From: Eimeria praecox
Taxonomy: Eukaryota
NCBI GenBank assembly: GCA_963920595.1
Contig: OY986950.1
Location: 4,340,001-4,404,000, forward strand
DNA length: 64,000 nt
Reading direction: 5' to 3'
The stretch's first letter is position 1; every line of letters starts with the position of its first letter. Shown here in pieces: positions 46,640 to 59,994 of this stretch. Below the pieces are notes generated by a model. That model was not told where the DNA came from, ran no database searches, and worked only from the letters and a program-made list of their open reading frames with translations. The position numbers and the translations under genes were made by a program.

Positions 46640-48400
46640 CGTGTGGGGCTGTCTTGTTGAACTGGTTGTAGTGAGGTACGTTGCAGCTCACGACAGGGCG
46701 GGCCATGTACACACCTGCTCCAGGGGCCCATGGAAAATTCTCTGCATGATATTAGTACTCTTATAATTGATTATGCATGGATGTGGGGCTGTCTTGTAGC
46801 ACTACCTGCAGCAACGTTTGCTGCAACTCACGGCAAGCACGCCGTTTCCTCACGAGTGACAGGCCAAAATTTGAGCAAGAGAAACGAAGCAGTCGGTACA
46901 ACTCTACATCGAGAAGCACCCGTCACTGGCGAACAGTAATTCAATGCGAGCAGAGAACTCCTATACGATTGATTCATAGCAGGGCTGTCCGCCTGAGACA
47001 GGCAGTGGGTAACCACATGGAATGCGGGTAGGGTGCTAAGGAGCGGAAGGATTGGGACTCGCTGAGGTGATGGAGTACCCTTGCCGAAAACAAAGGGGAA
47101 ACGCCATCTTCACAATCCTGACTGGGAACGAAGAAAACCGGTTTGATAACAGCCCCATATTTAGAATCTCTTTGCATTTGGGGTGTCACAGCCCAATCTG
47201 CGCAGCAATGGACTGAACTACGTTTTGTGAAGGGGAGGTAGGACGGGACAATCGGTAAAGCAGTTGCCGTGAAAAGTGATTTTTATTCAGTAATTAGCCG
47301 TGTCGCTACCGCACGGTATTTCTATGATGGAGAGGGCAGCGGCATAACCCTAGGCATGCCGTGGATAAGTCAATGGAGGGCGCGTAAGAGATCTCCAGAC
47401 GACCTTACTGAGGTATCTATGTGCGGCGTCGATGGGGCAACACGCCTATCAGTTCTTCTAACAGCATTTGCACCCTCTTCGGCACGAGGAAGCGAATCAG
47501 TGCCCCAAGGAGAAAGGGGCGAGGAGCCTTACCCGAAGCGCAGAGGCGATGCACGGAGCGACGGACGCATGCATGCACTGAGGAAATAAAGTGACAAGCA
47601 GAAGAGCTGATGGGAGAAGGGAAATGTTCCATCGTCAACTGACTCCTTTGGGTACAATCCGGTGTTGAGGAAGAAATGGGCCCGGAGGTGGCGCATGCAC
47701 AACCACGTCAAACCTATCAACGAACTCACAATAAAGCAGAAGTTCCCACCCCCAGGGTGGATGAGTTACTTGACCACTTGCAATATTCAATGATTACTTG
47801 TCATTCCACTTCGCGGACAAGTTTTTTGCAGATCCGAGTACATCGTAAACCCCAAACCCTAAACAATCACAAGACTACATTCTATGCCTGCACGCCAAAC
47901 CAGAGAACACCTGGAAGCTCCTGAATAAACCTGATGGCCTGCACCTACAGATCAATCATGGCTTCTTTCGCCCCATCAATGGAAGATGACTAATAGTATT
48001 CATGGATAATGCTTCTGTGTTCAGCTCGAATATGTAGGAGCATTTGCAGCACCTGCGTCGTGATCTGCAACTGCAACGCGACAAGCAGCGGTTACGGGAA
48101 GCAAAGAAGTGCTCGCTCTTCATGCAGAGTACTAGCCACTTAGGTTTGGGCGCCTTCCTCGCGCGAGTGGAGCCAGTCTCGGCTAAGAGGGGGATGATTC
48201 TGACGTGCCTGCTATCCCTCTATACTCGCACATACGTCCAGAAGCCCCGCCTCGCATACAACCACCACAAGTTTATTCCTGGATTCCTTCGCACGTTTAC
48301 CCCTCTAACGGATCTACTTAGGAAGGAAAAACAACCCGCCGGAGCGGGGAGAGAAGAGGAGGCCGCCATAAGGCTCACGAGACACCGGATGTGACGATAT
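46640..48400 (+). mobile_element. Highly degenerate Ty3/gypsy-type LTR retrotransposon remnant (protease and reverse transcriptase fragments)
   Basis: ITLGMPWI (cf. protease ILGMPWL); VPTPRVDELLDHLQ...SFLQIRV (cf. YPLPRIDELLD...GFHQIRV); LIVFMDNASVFSSNM*EHLQHLR (cf. VYLDDILIFS..EEHLxHL); KKCSLFMQSTSHLG; YNHHKFIPGF..FTPLTDLLRK. The fragments are split by stops and frameshifts. Boundaries are uncertain and no LTRs were recognised. Confidence 0.78.
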
Positions 48401-50171
48401 TCCTCGATTTTTTGACGACCCTGTGCCCTCCTTGAGCTGCAGTAAAGTAGAATACTTTAAAAACCGACTTTGTAAAAAGCAGCGGACCTCTCATCCAGCC
48501 TCCAAGCTACCTGAGAAGAGCTGCCAAAGGCCATGGGCTGGCGGGAACACGGGCAAGCCTGCCATGAGTTGTATCGCACGTTGCCGCAGCTAGTGGTGCG
48601 AAGCATCCCCACATGATCGCACAGCCGATGCCCCTTTGTTGCATCGACAAGGATTGTAGAATGTAAATTAGACTGCCCCTAAACAGCTACTTGGTCCTCC
48701 ACACCCCAGCCTGTGAGCACGTTTGGATCCGAGTACCATCGTCACATACACCACGCCCCGATGTTCGTGAAATGCAAGAGCCACAATGCTTTGAGCCCTC
48801 TAAACGCAGCTAACCTCCTGTATAGTGTACAGACATGTAGCGTGAAGCCTACGAAACGCCTTGGGCTACCGCGAGGAGGCGCCGGCCTGCCACGAGTTGC
48901 AGCATTCCCTCATCTAATTCATGGTGTCAAGCAACCCCACATGGAGGCACTCCAAACCCCCCCTTTTAAAGCAATATCCTAATGCTGTAGACAGCTGTTA
49001 TTGTGTACTTGCTCGTCTCTCAATAGCCAGCGTGCAAGTAATTACAAGTGCGTGTATAAACATCAGAGAGAGAGAGAGAAAGAGAGAGAGTGAGAGAGCA
49101 AGCAACAATTCAATAATCAGAAAGGCTTTAGCTCTGTTAAAAGGGGCCTCCACGATACAGTTTATTCTTGATTTGATCTGTCAAATTATAATGCCCGTCA
49201 TATTTAGGGGTAGTATTAATACTATTGTTGGTTGTGGGAGACAGGGGGGGGGCCTCTGTTTGCAGGGGTCTGAGCAACTCACTCTAACATAACCCACCAT
49301 CGTCTTTGTATAGAGAAGTCAGAGGCAACACCGCCCCCAGATCCCTTTCTTATATCAATTGTAAACTATTTCCTCTCATATATAATGACAGAAGGATGCT
49401 TGTTATTAATCTAATTACTTTTGGGGCTGATTGCGCCGCCGACGGCAGCCCGCTGCGACAGACGAGCCGCCGCAGCAGCTGCGGCTGCTGCTGCTGCAGC
49501 TGTAGTCCCATCATCACCTTCGAGGGTATTGAGGTATGCGATTTGTGGCAAATAAACTTTCTTTCATATTCCTTTCTTGGTTATAAATGCTCTGCTGTGG
49601 ATGTACACTACAGAAGGGTCTTAACGTTATTTCCTTCGACTTCGGGGACACCGACAGAAGAAGGATCCGAGTTCAAGGTTTTCTTACTCCCATTATCTAT
49701 TGGGGGCCCTCAATTACTTTATTAGTATACTAGGGGCCCTTGCTTGTGTCGTGTCAACGTGTCTAGGGTCTTCAAGACTACAGCTCTCACCGCCACCATA
49801 GCCAGCAGCCCATCTTCTGCTGCGGCCGCTCTGCTCAGCGCACGAAATTGTTTATATATATATACAGCAGCAAAGCATGCAGCAACTGTTCTAGCAGCAT
49901 CAAGGGTGTCATTAGAGGCCCTATCTAGATCCTAGCAATTTAATTGGCGGGGCCTACAGACAGCATTATACGCACGCACAAGAGCTACCTACCTACACTG
50001 TGGCAGGACAGGTCCCTCAGGGCCCCCTAATACTTTCGGGGCCCCTACTCAGATGTGTTCAGCTGGCTCTTTGGCATTGCAGGGCCCCAAGGTAGCCCCA
50101 GCAACAGCCACACGAAATATTGCTGCAGCACCAGCAGCAAAGACAGCAGCTGAAAGCAGCCGAGCAACAAA

Positions 50172-52175
50172 ATGAACGCGGGTAACTACCAACCGCCGCT
50201 GCAGCCTTCATGGCAGCAGCAACAGCAGCAGCAGCAGCAGCAACTGCTGCTGCAGCAACAGCTGCAGCAGCAGGATTACGGCAAACAGGCACGAGTAGCC
50301 GCTGTGGGAGGTATCCAAGGAAACGCTCCGCAGCAACAAGGGCAGTGGCAGCACCAGACGCAGCAGCAGCAATATCCGTCTTATCCTATCAGTAGTAATC
50401 CTATGCAGCAGCAAACCCTTCAACGACAGCCTGGAATGGTGCAGCAGCCTCAGCAGCAGATGCGGTGGCCGCAGCAGGAGTTGCAGCAGGTGCAGCAGCA
50501 ACATGCGTGGCAGCAGCAGCAGCAGCAGCAGCCGCAACTGCATCAGTCGCATCAACAGCAGCAGGTAACGCAGCAGCAAATGCTGTCTCAAGCTCAGCAG
50601 CCACAGCAGCCACGGCCGCAGCTTCAGCCGCAGCAGCTAGAGCCGCAACAGCCACAGCAGCAGCAGCAGCAACTGCCGCAGCAGCCACAGCCTCAACGGC
50701 CACAGCCGCAACAGGCACATTTGCAACAGCAAACACAGCCGCAGCAGCCGCAGGCGCAGCAGCCACAGCAGCAGCAGCCACAGCCGCCGCAGCCGCAGCC
50801 GCAGCAGGCACAACTGCAACAGCAGCCACTGCCGCACCAGCCACAATTGCAGCAGCAGCCACTGCCGCAGCAGCAACGCCCGCTGCAACCACTGCCGCAG
50901 CAACCGTTGCCGCAGCAGCCGCATTTACAACAGCAGCCGCTGCCGCAGCAGCAGCAGCCACTGCCGCAGCAGCAGCCACTGCCGCAGCAGCAGCCACTGC
51001 CGCAGCAGCAGCCACTGCCGCAGCAGCAGCCACTGCCGCAGCAGCAGCCACTGCCGCAGCAGCAGCCACTGCCGCAGCAGCCACAATTGCAGCAGCAGCA
51101 GCAGGCACACTTACAGCAGCCGCCACCGCAGCAGCAGACACAATTGCAGCAGCAACCTCAACCGCAGCAGCAGCAGCAGCAGATACAGCAGCAGCCACAA
51201 GTACAGCAACAGCCGCAGATGCAGCAGCAGCCACAAGCACAGCAGCCGCCACAACTACAGCAGCTGCCGCAACAGCAGCAGCAACAGGCGGCACCGCCTG
51301 CGCAGCAGCATCAGGTGTACGAGCAGCAAAGTATGAGCCCAGCGCCGTATCTGTCGCAGCAGCAGCAACAGCAGCAGCAGCAGCAGCAGCCCAACGCAGC
51401 AGCAAAGCCTGGATCTTCAGGGGCCTCTAACCCCTCTTCAGGGGATCTTCGTGCAGCAAACGGCTACCCTGCTGCTGCTGCTGCTGCTGCTGCCTCTGCT
51501 AGTGAGTTTGGCAGTGAGGCTGCTGCGTGGGGCCAACGGCAGCCAAGTGAACAGCCAGCTGTGGGAGATGTACTAGCAAGTGATAGAACCCTCGCGCCGC
51601 AGCAGACACCAGCGAAGCAGCAGCAGCAGCAGACAGAGCAGACGCTGGACCAGCAGCAGAAGATGCTGCTGCAATCACAGCAGCAGCAGCAGCAGCAGCA
51701 GCAGCCCTTTTATTCAACCCTCGAACCTCAGCAGCAGACAGCCGTTCAGAAACAGCCAATTCCTCAGCTGCCTATGCAGCATACACAGGGACAGAGACCC
51801 CTTCAACCCCATCAGCAGCTGCAGCAGCTGCAGCAGCCGCAGCAACAGTATCAGCCGCAGCAGCAGTATCAGCCGCAGCAGCAGTATCAGCCACAGCAGC
51901 AGTATCAGCCGCAGCAGCAGTATCAGCCGCAGCAGCAGCCCCCACAACAACAGCCTCTACAGCAACAGCCATTGCCTCCTCAGCAGCAGCTGCAGCAGCA
52001 GCTGCAGCAGCAACAACCACTGCAGCAGCAAACCCTGCAGCAACATCAGCTGCAAGGAATGGCGCCTGCTGTACCTGAGCAGCCACAGCAGATGGGGCCG
52101 CCGTCTGCTGTTGCGAATAGTGGCGCTATGCAGCAGCAGCATTTGCAACAGTGGCAGCAGCAGCAGCAACAACAG

Positions 52176-52208
<33 letters not shown>

Positions 52209-52542
52209 TACAATGCATCCCACAGGAAAGCCTTCCAACCGTTCGAGCCCGAGAGAAGGGCGCCTTCTCTTATGGGGGTAGGCACAGGTTCCTTTCCTCC
52301 TAGCGCAGAGCCTAATGGTGTTAAGAGCTGTGCTGCTGATAGAGCTGAACATGGACAGAGGAGGCAGCAACAAGAGCAGCAAGATAACCTGCCTGAAGAT
52401 ATGCCCCCTCTTCAGCCTCTCGCACGTCCTATTAATAATCGAATCGATCCAGCTCATATACCTCGACCTGAATGGAATGGTATATAGCAAGACACCGATA
52501 CATACATCGTTGTCGTTGTTGTTGTTATTCTTATTGTTTTTA

Positions 52543-52580
<38 letters not shown>

Positions 52581-55500
52581 GTTCTTGTTTGTGTTGTTTT
52601 GTTCGTGCTGTTGTTTGTTGTTTGTTGTTTGCCGTTACTGTGTTTCGAGCATCTGTAGACATGTCTGTAGGGTGTCTGTTTCTATCTATTGAGTGTAGAA
52701 CACTCTATTATAATATTATCTATGAGTATCATCAATCTCACCTCGATTTCCTCGTCTTCTCATATCTTTGGGTGTCTGTGTCGCTGAGGCGGCTCATGGG
52801 CTGCATGCGCCCTGTAAGTCATTTGCTGCCTCCTTCCTTATTGTGCTTTCAGAACAAATTACGAATGCCTACGGCAAACGAATAGAGACTGACAAGGCAG
52901 GGGCTTCTCCTCCATCGCCTGCTGGGTTTTATACGGCAATCGACAAGGGCTGTTGCAGCTGCAGGTTCATGCGTTCTACCATTAACCAGGTATGGATCAG
53001 GAGGCCGCTGCTGCTGCTGCCGCTGCTGCTGCTGCCGCTGCTGCTGCTGCCGCTGCTGCTGCTGCTGCTGCCGCTGCTGCTGCTGCCGCTGCTGCTGCTG
53101 CTGTTGCTGCTGCTGCTTTGTATTTCATAGAAACGCGGCATTTGTGGTCTTGCGAGTGCTTTGTTTGCTCGTTTGGCTTGTATGAAGAGGCAGCAGCAGC
53201 TATAGAAGCATCTAGGGTGTCTTCTGACAGAATGAAGAGGGTTTCTGTTGACACCTGCCCTGCTGCTGTTCTGCAGGTTCCGGCGTTCAGTCACAGTCTT
53301 GAGCTCTCTAGGCTGCCATTCGCCATCATCGTTACCCCCTTTGCTGCGCAGCCCCCCACTGAAGAGGCAGTGCCTCTAGTAGACTTGCGGATGAGCAGGA
53401 GGCAGGGGGAGCACCAGCCCTATTCTTATGGCGACCCAGCAGCAACAGCAGCATCTGATCAGGACGCTGCAGACGGAAACCCGGGTGTGGACTTCTTTGG
53501 TGGCTATTTTGAGGTGGAAGAGTCAGATGCAGAGGAGGAGGCTGATACAGGGAGCAGCAGCAGCAGTAATGCAGCTTCTGCCGTTAGCAGCCGGAGCAGA
53601 AGCAGCTCCAGAGCAGCGCCTAGCGGTGAGGGAATCGTTCGGTGCAGCAACTGTATGGCTTACCTGTGCCCGTTCATGTCGTGGGCCAGCAATAGCACAC
53701 ACTGCCTATGTAGCCTTTGCGGCTCTTCATTCGAGCTGCCTCCCTTCTATCTGACGCTGCTAGATCGATACCGCAGCGGTTTACGCGCCAGCAGCAGCGG
53801 TTTGGGGGCAGGGTCATCTGAGGGGGAAAGACACTATAGGCATCGCAGGCAGGAGCTGTGGAAGGGATCCGTTGATTTCGTTGCCCCTAGGGCCTTTGCT
53901 GACGCATGCAAACTCACCCAGCTGCAGCATACGAGGAGGGAGAACATGCTGAAACTGCTGCGCATAGAGAGCGAAGCATCTAAGCAGCAGCAGGCTCAGG
54001 AAACCCGCTTGGTGCAGCAACAGATGCAGCCGAGCAGCTGGGGGGCAGAGCAGGCTGGTGTTTCGTCTAGATTAGATTCTGACGGCCAGTGCGGTGATTC
54101 TCTTTCCCGCAGTTGCATCAGCAAGAATAGCAGTAGTTTGCGGCCATGTATCGTCTTCGTAATTGATGCAACAGCTCCAAGCCTCAACTCCGGTCTCTCA
54201 CAATCTGTTGCTGCGGGGCTGGAGCAAGTGCTTCGGGAGGTACACCTACAGGTGGATATATGTCTAATCCTCGTTGCTGACAGGCTATATTTTATTCCTA
54301 ACACCAACGAGATGGGATCACAGCAGCAGCGGCAGCAGGGGTTGCAGCTTTTGGTTGTGGATGACATATCGGATCCGTATTTGCCTGCTCCAGTAGAGCA
54401 TTGTTTTTTCCGGCCTCAGGACAGAGATGGAGTACGTGATTAGCACCCTGCAGTTAACTACGCTCGTTACGTTGTTGTTTGTTGTTTGTTGTTATTCGTT
54501 GTTGTTGTTTGTTATTTGTTGCTTGTTGTTTGCTGTTGTTTGTTGTTATTGTTTGTTGTTGTTTGTTGTTATTGTTTGTTGTTGTTCGGTGTTTGCTGCT
54601 GCTTGGGGAAAACCAGGGCGGGTAAGGATGCGGCAGTGCACCCTTGCAGTAGCTGGCCCACCCGCCTGATGGGGCTGGCCGTTTGGAAAGCCTTCACGTT
54701 ATTTGCATGCATAGATACAGCCAACGCGAAATGGATAGAGGGGCTCGTGCATTGTGTGCGTTTCTGTGCAGCTGCTGCGGGCAGTATCGTTGCTTCCTGC
54801 GGCTCTAAACAACTGCGTCAACATGTCGCATACCTCAGCAGCTAATGCTGCTCTGAAGGTGAGTAGTTAAGTTGCACTTTTTGCTGTTCGGCAGCAGTAG
54901 CACCAGAAACAGCTTGTGCTATTTCCACCGTCGCAGCTGCTCTGGCAACAGCATGTACACATCGGCAAACAGTGCCTTCTAGCCAGTTGTTTCTGAGACA
55001 GTTTAATTGACTGCCTCGTGTTGCACACGATGGTGTCTGTTTGTTCCAGTGTCTCAATTAGAAGTGTCGTCTCAGCCTCACTCTAATCACATGTGTATAC
55101 AACACCTGCCGATGAGCTTTTGCAGGTAGCGGTCGACTTAATAGCCGAGAGATCTGCGGGGGGAATGGTTGAGATGTTTTATTGCGCCTTACCAGACGTC
55201 GGTGAGCTCTTCTCCCAAGATGTAGCGACGGTTGCTAAGGCTGCGTGTCTGGGGGTACAGACCCTTTGTCGGGAACTCAAGGTTTGAGGCTGTCTTCTGA
55301 GCATGTTTCCTTATTGCTCAGGTATCGGAGCGCTGAAACATTCTGCGAAAGCATCAGAAGGGCCAGCGAAGGCCACCGAGATCCATCAAGTACGCCAGCA
55401 CAGAAAACGTTCAGGGGAACGATAGGGGAACTTAGGGCGAGTGGGAGGGATGATAGGGAAGCCTGCGATGGAAGTAGACAAAAGGGGCAGGAACAGGTGC

Positions 55501-58500
55501 AGCAGTTTAGGCAGCAAGCATTGTGTTGGGGCTAAAAGAGGCAGATCCGAGAATATGGATTGTGATGTGTGTCTATTTTCTGTTTTTGGGTTTCAGCAAG
55601 ATTTCTACAACTCCGTCATAACCCAATGCTTTGCAGCGTGTGCATGCGTAGACGTCTACGCCTGTCCTCCACCCAACGTAAACCTGGAGCTCCAGTCCCT
55701 AGGTTTTCCAGCACAGCAGACCGGAGGCGACATCCGCTTTGTGCCAGAATTCTGTGGCTCAAGGTAAAAGCTTGGAGAAACACGCACTGTCGTTTCCTTG
55801 GCATTACTTGGGTTGCTGGTTGTCTTGCCCCTCTCGTGAGCTTGAGATCAAGAGGGCCCAACGTATTTATGCCTTTTTCTTTCTGTTCCGGTTGCAGAGA
55901 CAAGGAGTGGGTGACCGCTGAGATAAGGCGGATTTTCACCTCTTGCTTCTACTTCGATGTGGAGTTTAAGTTGCGTCTCTCGAAGGTCCGTTCTGTGTTT
56001 CGTGATGCTGCGTCTGCTGCATCTGCACATCGCTTTCCGCCTATGTGTGAATGAGCGATAAGTTGCTATGGGGTTGCTATAGTAATCCTATTCAAAACAT
56101 ATAAACACTGAATTCTGTTGCGACAGTAGAAGGTGCTTATGCTGTTTCGTCTGCCTGTACATGTTTTAGTGGTGCTACGTTTAGAGCAGCAGCTCCTGTT
56201 ACTGGTGGGGAACACGTAACAGTGTAAATGCTCACGTGTGCGTAGAGAGTTAGCTGGAAAGAGGGCCCAGCACTTGTATCGGCCGGCGGCAGCCTGACCC
56301 GAAGCCGCCAATGTCGATGTGTGAAGAGTTGAGAAGTGCTCGTTGTTATGCTGCTTACTGCAGGGGTTGGCCGTTGACAGGATCCTGGTGTCCTTTTCTG
56401 GGGCCAGGTCGCTGGTGGATCAAAGCACTTTCCGCCTGCCTCGCCTTAGTGCGCAGTCGACTCTGCTTTTTCAGCTGAAGCACACCGAGCAGTCCGTCTG
56501 TGCTTCCTCAGAACGTGCTTTTGAGTTGTTAGAAACTGGGGGGGGCTTGTGTAAGGGGGCTTTATGGGTGGGAGGAAATGAGGGTGTCGAGCAGACAGTT
56601 GCGACTTGGGATTCAAGGCATATTTCATGTGCTTGTGAACGAAACAGGCTGGAGACGCAGAAGAACGTTTATGCCCAAAGTGTCTGCGCTTACACTCCGA
56701 TGCACCCCTCTAAGAAAGTACCCAATCGTCGCCTGCTCAGGGTACATTCGTTGTCATTGCCCATAACGTTTTCTCTCGCCTCCCTGTTCCGCTATGCAGA
56801 GGTGAGGGGCGTCTGGATCAACAACTGCGGCGTACCAGGAAACAGTGCACGTAAATTCTGGCAGTCCACCTTGCACAATAATTTTGCGGGTTTGGGACGG
56901 TGCATGGGTTTGTGTGTACCTTCTTCGCTGTAACTCCTGCGCTTAACAGGTGGATGCTACTGCCTTCCTAATGGCTAGGACATCGGCCATTATGGAGCTT
57001 CATCAGGAACCTCAGTGGCGGGAAAAAGCCATCAAGAACCTCGTCGAGATACTAAGCGCCTACCGCATAAATGTACGCCGCTCTTGACTGCATGATGACG
57101 AGTTATTTGGTTTGACTCACTGCCCTAATGCCTGTATCGTTTGGGTGCCTGCTACTGCTTCCACTTCTTTAGAGCCATCTTGTATCTGAGCTTGAGCTTC
57201 TGCACGTGTTGCAAGCTCCCGTAGAGTGGGCGCTTTCCGCATATATGGCTTGGCCTGTGTGTCAGGTAGTTTTGAATATTTTCGTTTGTTTCACCCTTTC
57301 TGGGATCCTGTTGTATCGCAGTGTGCAAGCGCATCCTCTGAGGGTCAGCTTATTCTGCCGGACTCTCTCAAGCTCCTCCCAGTATACCTACAGGCGTTGT
57401 TTAAGCACGCTGTAAGACTGCTCATCACCCTGAAACGTTGAAGCTATGCATCCTGTCGTTATTGGGCTCGCCCAACATGCATGGCTGCCATCGCCAGCTG
57501 CTTGTGTTCTGCGTCTGTAGACAAGTGCAATTGTAACTCGTTTACGGACGCATACGCGGCTGTAGCTAGTATGTATGCAGGTATATGCGTACATGGATGC
57601 CAGAATCTCTACTTGAAGTGGGTGGATAGGCGTAAATACACTCCTGTGCTGCGGTTGTTGATGCTCGCAGGCTTTCCGCCAGTCAACAGTGGACCCCCAG
57701 GTCCGCTTGTTCCAGTTGTTGCAGTTCCTGCGGATGTCAATTTCTGAATTCTCAACTCATCTGTACCCCCGTCTCTGCCTCGTGCATAAGTCCTACCTGC
57801 AGCCACCTGGGGCCAAAGAACGCAAGGCCCTCGATCGGGTAACTAGAATACCGCCAGGCCGTTGGCGTTACTAACGGATAAGGTGGAGATGTGGCAAAGC
57901 AGTTTACTAGCTAGAGCGTTCAATGTGTGCAGGTTACACGCTTGCATGCTGTGGCTCTGTTGCGCAGGTAGGGGAGTACTCAGGCGTCGAAAACTTCGTA
58001 TGGATGCCGCCGTCGCTGCCGGCCAGCGGCACAAACATCCTAAGTGACGGAGTTTATCTGTGTGAAGCTGGATCATACATGTTGCTGTACATAGGCCAGC
58101 ACGTCAAGAGAGAGTACATAATAGATGTAGGCTAGCACTCTGCCTTTGGTCATGCAGTCGAGCCTGCTCTTCACGCGGCTTTACTGCCTTTGCACCAAGA
58201 CCCTCCAGCGGACTAAGCTGTCCAAGCTCTGCCAGTTTTATCTGCTCATATTTATTCTTACAGTTGCGGAGCTGACACCCGCCTCTGCATGCACCCTGAG
58301 GGTTCTATGCGGTGGTTTCATTTTTGATTTGTTGATTATCGTTTTGCAGCTTTTCGGATTCGACGCACAACTTGACGAGCGCACAACGGCGGAGCTTCGC
58401 CTTCAGAATGCTGAAGGAACTGCGGGAGGTATGACAACGCAGAGCTTGCATTCTGTTGCTCTTCGTAGCTTTGCATAGTTGTTAATGCGATTTAATAAAG

Positions 58501-59203
58501 GCTGTCCACCCCTGTTTGGTGCTGCTTAGGCGTGTACGTACTAATTTTTTCGTTAGTTATTTTGATGCTCGGTTAACTATGAACGGAAATGCCCTTCTAG
58601 CTATACTTGTTAAAAAGAAAGTGTACTTCGTTAAGAGTGCAGCTCAATCTGTAGTAAACCGAACATCAAAAGCAGCTAAAGGAGAAAGAGTGGAGCAAGC
58701 AATGAGCTTCTTTTCGTCTCGAGTCGTTTTTGCGATGCTTTTCAGAGAAAATCCTTCGTGTCATTGAGCAAGTTCGTTTTGAAAAGTTCGACGCCCCTTA
58801 CATCCCCTTGCGAATCGTCGCACCGAAGTGAGATATATCCCACACAAATGAAAGTGAAAGCCATCTTAAAGGTGGTCTTGTTAATGTTTTAGGTTGCAAC
58901 TTGTGTGGGCATCTAGCATCGTGAGGAGGCATGGCAAATCCTACAAATGCAGCTTTTTTGAATTTTAATTGCTTTATTTGGGCTTCTGGTGGAGTACCAA
59001 AGGAAGAATTGGCGGCAGGTAGGCTTTTCGACCAAGCATTAAAAATTTGGTCTTGTGGGAGCTGCGAGTGGGGGTGCAGGTCCTACGATGAAACACGTTT
59101 GTTGACGCATTTGATTGAAGATCCGTTGAGCGGAGATGGAAGCTACGTGGATTTTCTGTGCGACCTTCACAAGCGAGTTCACGCTAGGATGGAAGACAAC
59201 TAA
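50172..59203 (+). CDS. SEC24: COPII coat cargo-selection subunit Sec24 (multi-exon; long Q/P-rich N-terminus)
   Basis: RIDPAHIPRP; IDKGCCSCRFMRSTINQ|VP..LPFAIIVTPFA; zinc finger IVRCSNCMAYLCPF..CSLCG; ELWKGSVDFVAP; IVFVIDAT (trunk); GQLILPDSLKLLPVY; HLYPRL; C-terminal LIED..SYVDFLCDLHKRV. Confidence 0.92.
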
Positions 59204-59635
59204 CATATCCAGCAGGGCAGCGATTACATGCACGAAAGTAGCTGCATGTGTAGATGCTACGCTGTACAGAGGATAGATCTGCATATTTTTATGCATACAT
59301 GTGTATTTAAGAAGCGGGGCCTTTTAAAGATACAGCGCAACGTGTGCTTGCCGCGTTGCTACCGACAGTTGCGCAGAGACGCATTTTTCTTGTAGGAACG
59401 AAAGCCTTAAACTCTCATCACTTCCTTTTGGGTTACAATGGCCCCCACGAAACGCCGGTGGCTGCAGCGCTCTCAGCTAGGCGTTTAAGCCTTGCTGTTG
59501 AGGTGACGTTGCAGTGGGCAGAAGGGCAGAAGGCAAACAAACTTCCTTTGCCCGTGGAATTCCAGCCCAGGACCCCGTTGGTTTGGTGGGATAATAGTAT
59601 TCCCCAGATACACGTCCTCAGTTATTGCTTCACGT

Positions 59636-59704
59636 TTCTAGGCTACACATGAGATGCAGCGTAGCATTCGTTCTAGGCTACACATGAGAGGCAGCGTAGC
59701 ATTC
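59636..59704. repeat. 35-bp tandem duplication
   Basis: TTCTAGGCTACACATGAGA(T/G)GCAGCGTAGCATTC occurs twice head to tail. Confidence 0.92.
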
Positions 59705-59994
59705 AGAGACCCTGTGAGTTATTTAGTGCTGCCCTCGCCTACCCCTGGGTTTACAATTCCCGAGCGTGTCCTCTAAATAGCATTTGAGGAAAAGGCGGTT
59801 TGCTTAGAAAGCTTCACCTTGAGAGAACCACCTTAGGCGCTTTGGGTTTACTGGGGAAAAATGGCAGCGCACAACTAAATGCATTGCGCGTAACTCAGCA
59901 TACTGCCCCTTCCGCTGTTTTGAGGCTTAGCGGTGCACCGGCTTGTGGTGATCCACACGCATACTGATGCTTTAGCGGGCTCTGCTTCTCTCCA

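Noticed and set aside
46300..49300. Intact or active retrotransposon, or domesticated RT
   Set aside because: The catalytic motif is lost, there are multiple stops and frameshifts, and no RNase H, integrase or LTR pair was recognised.
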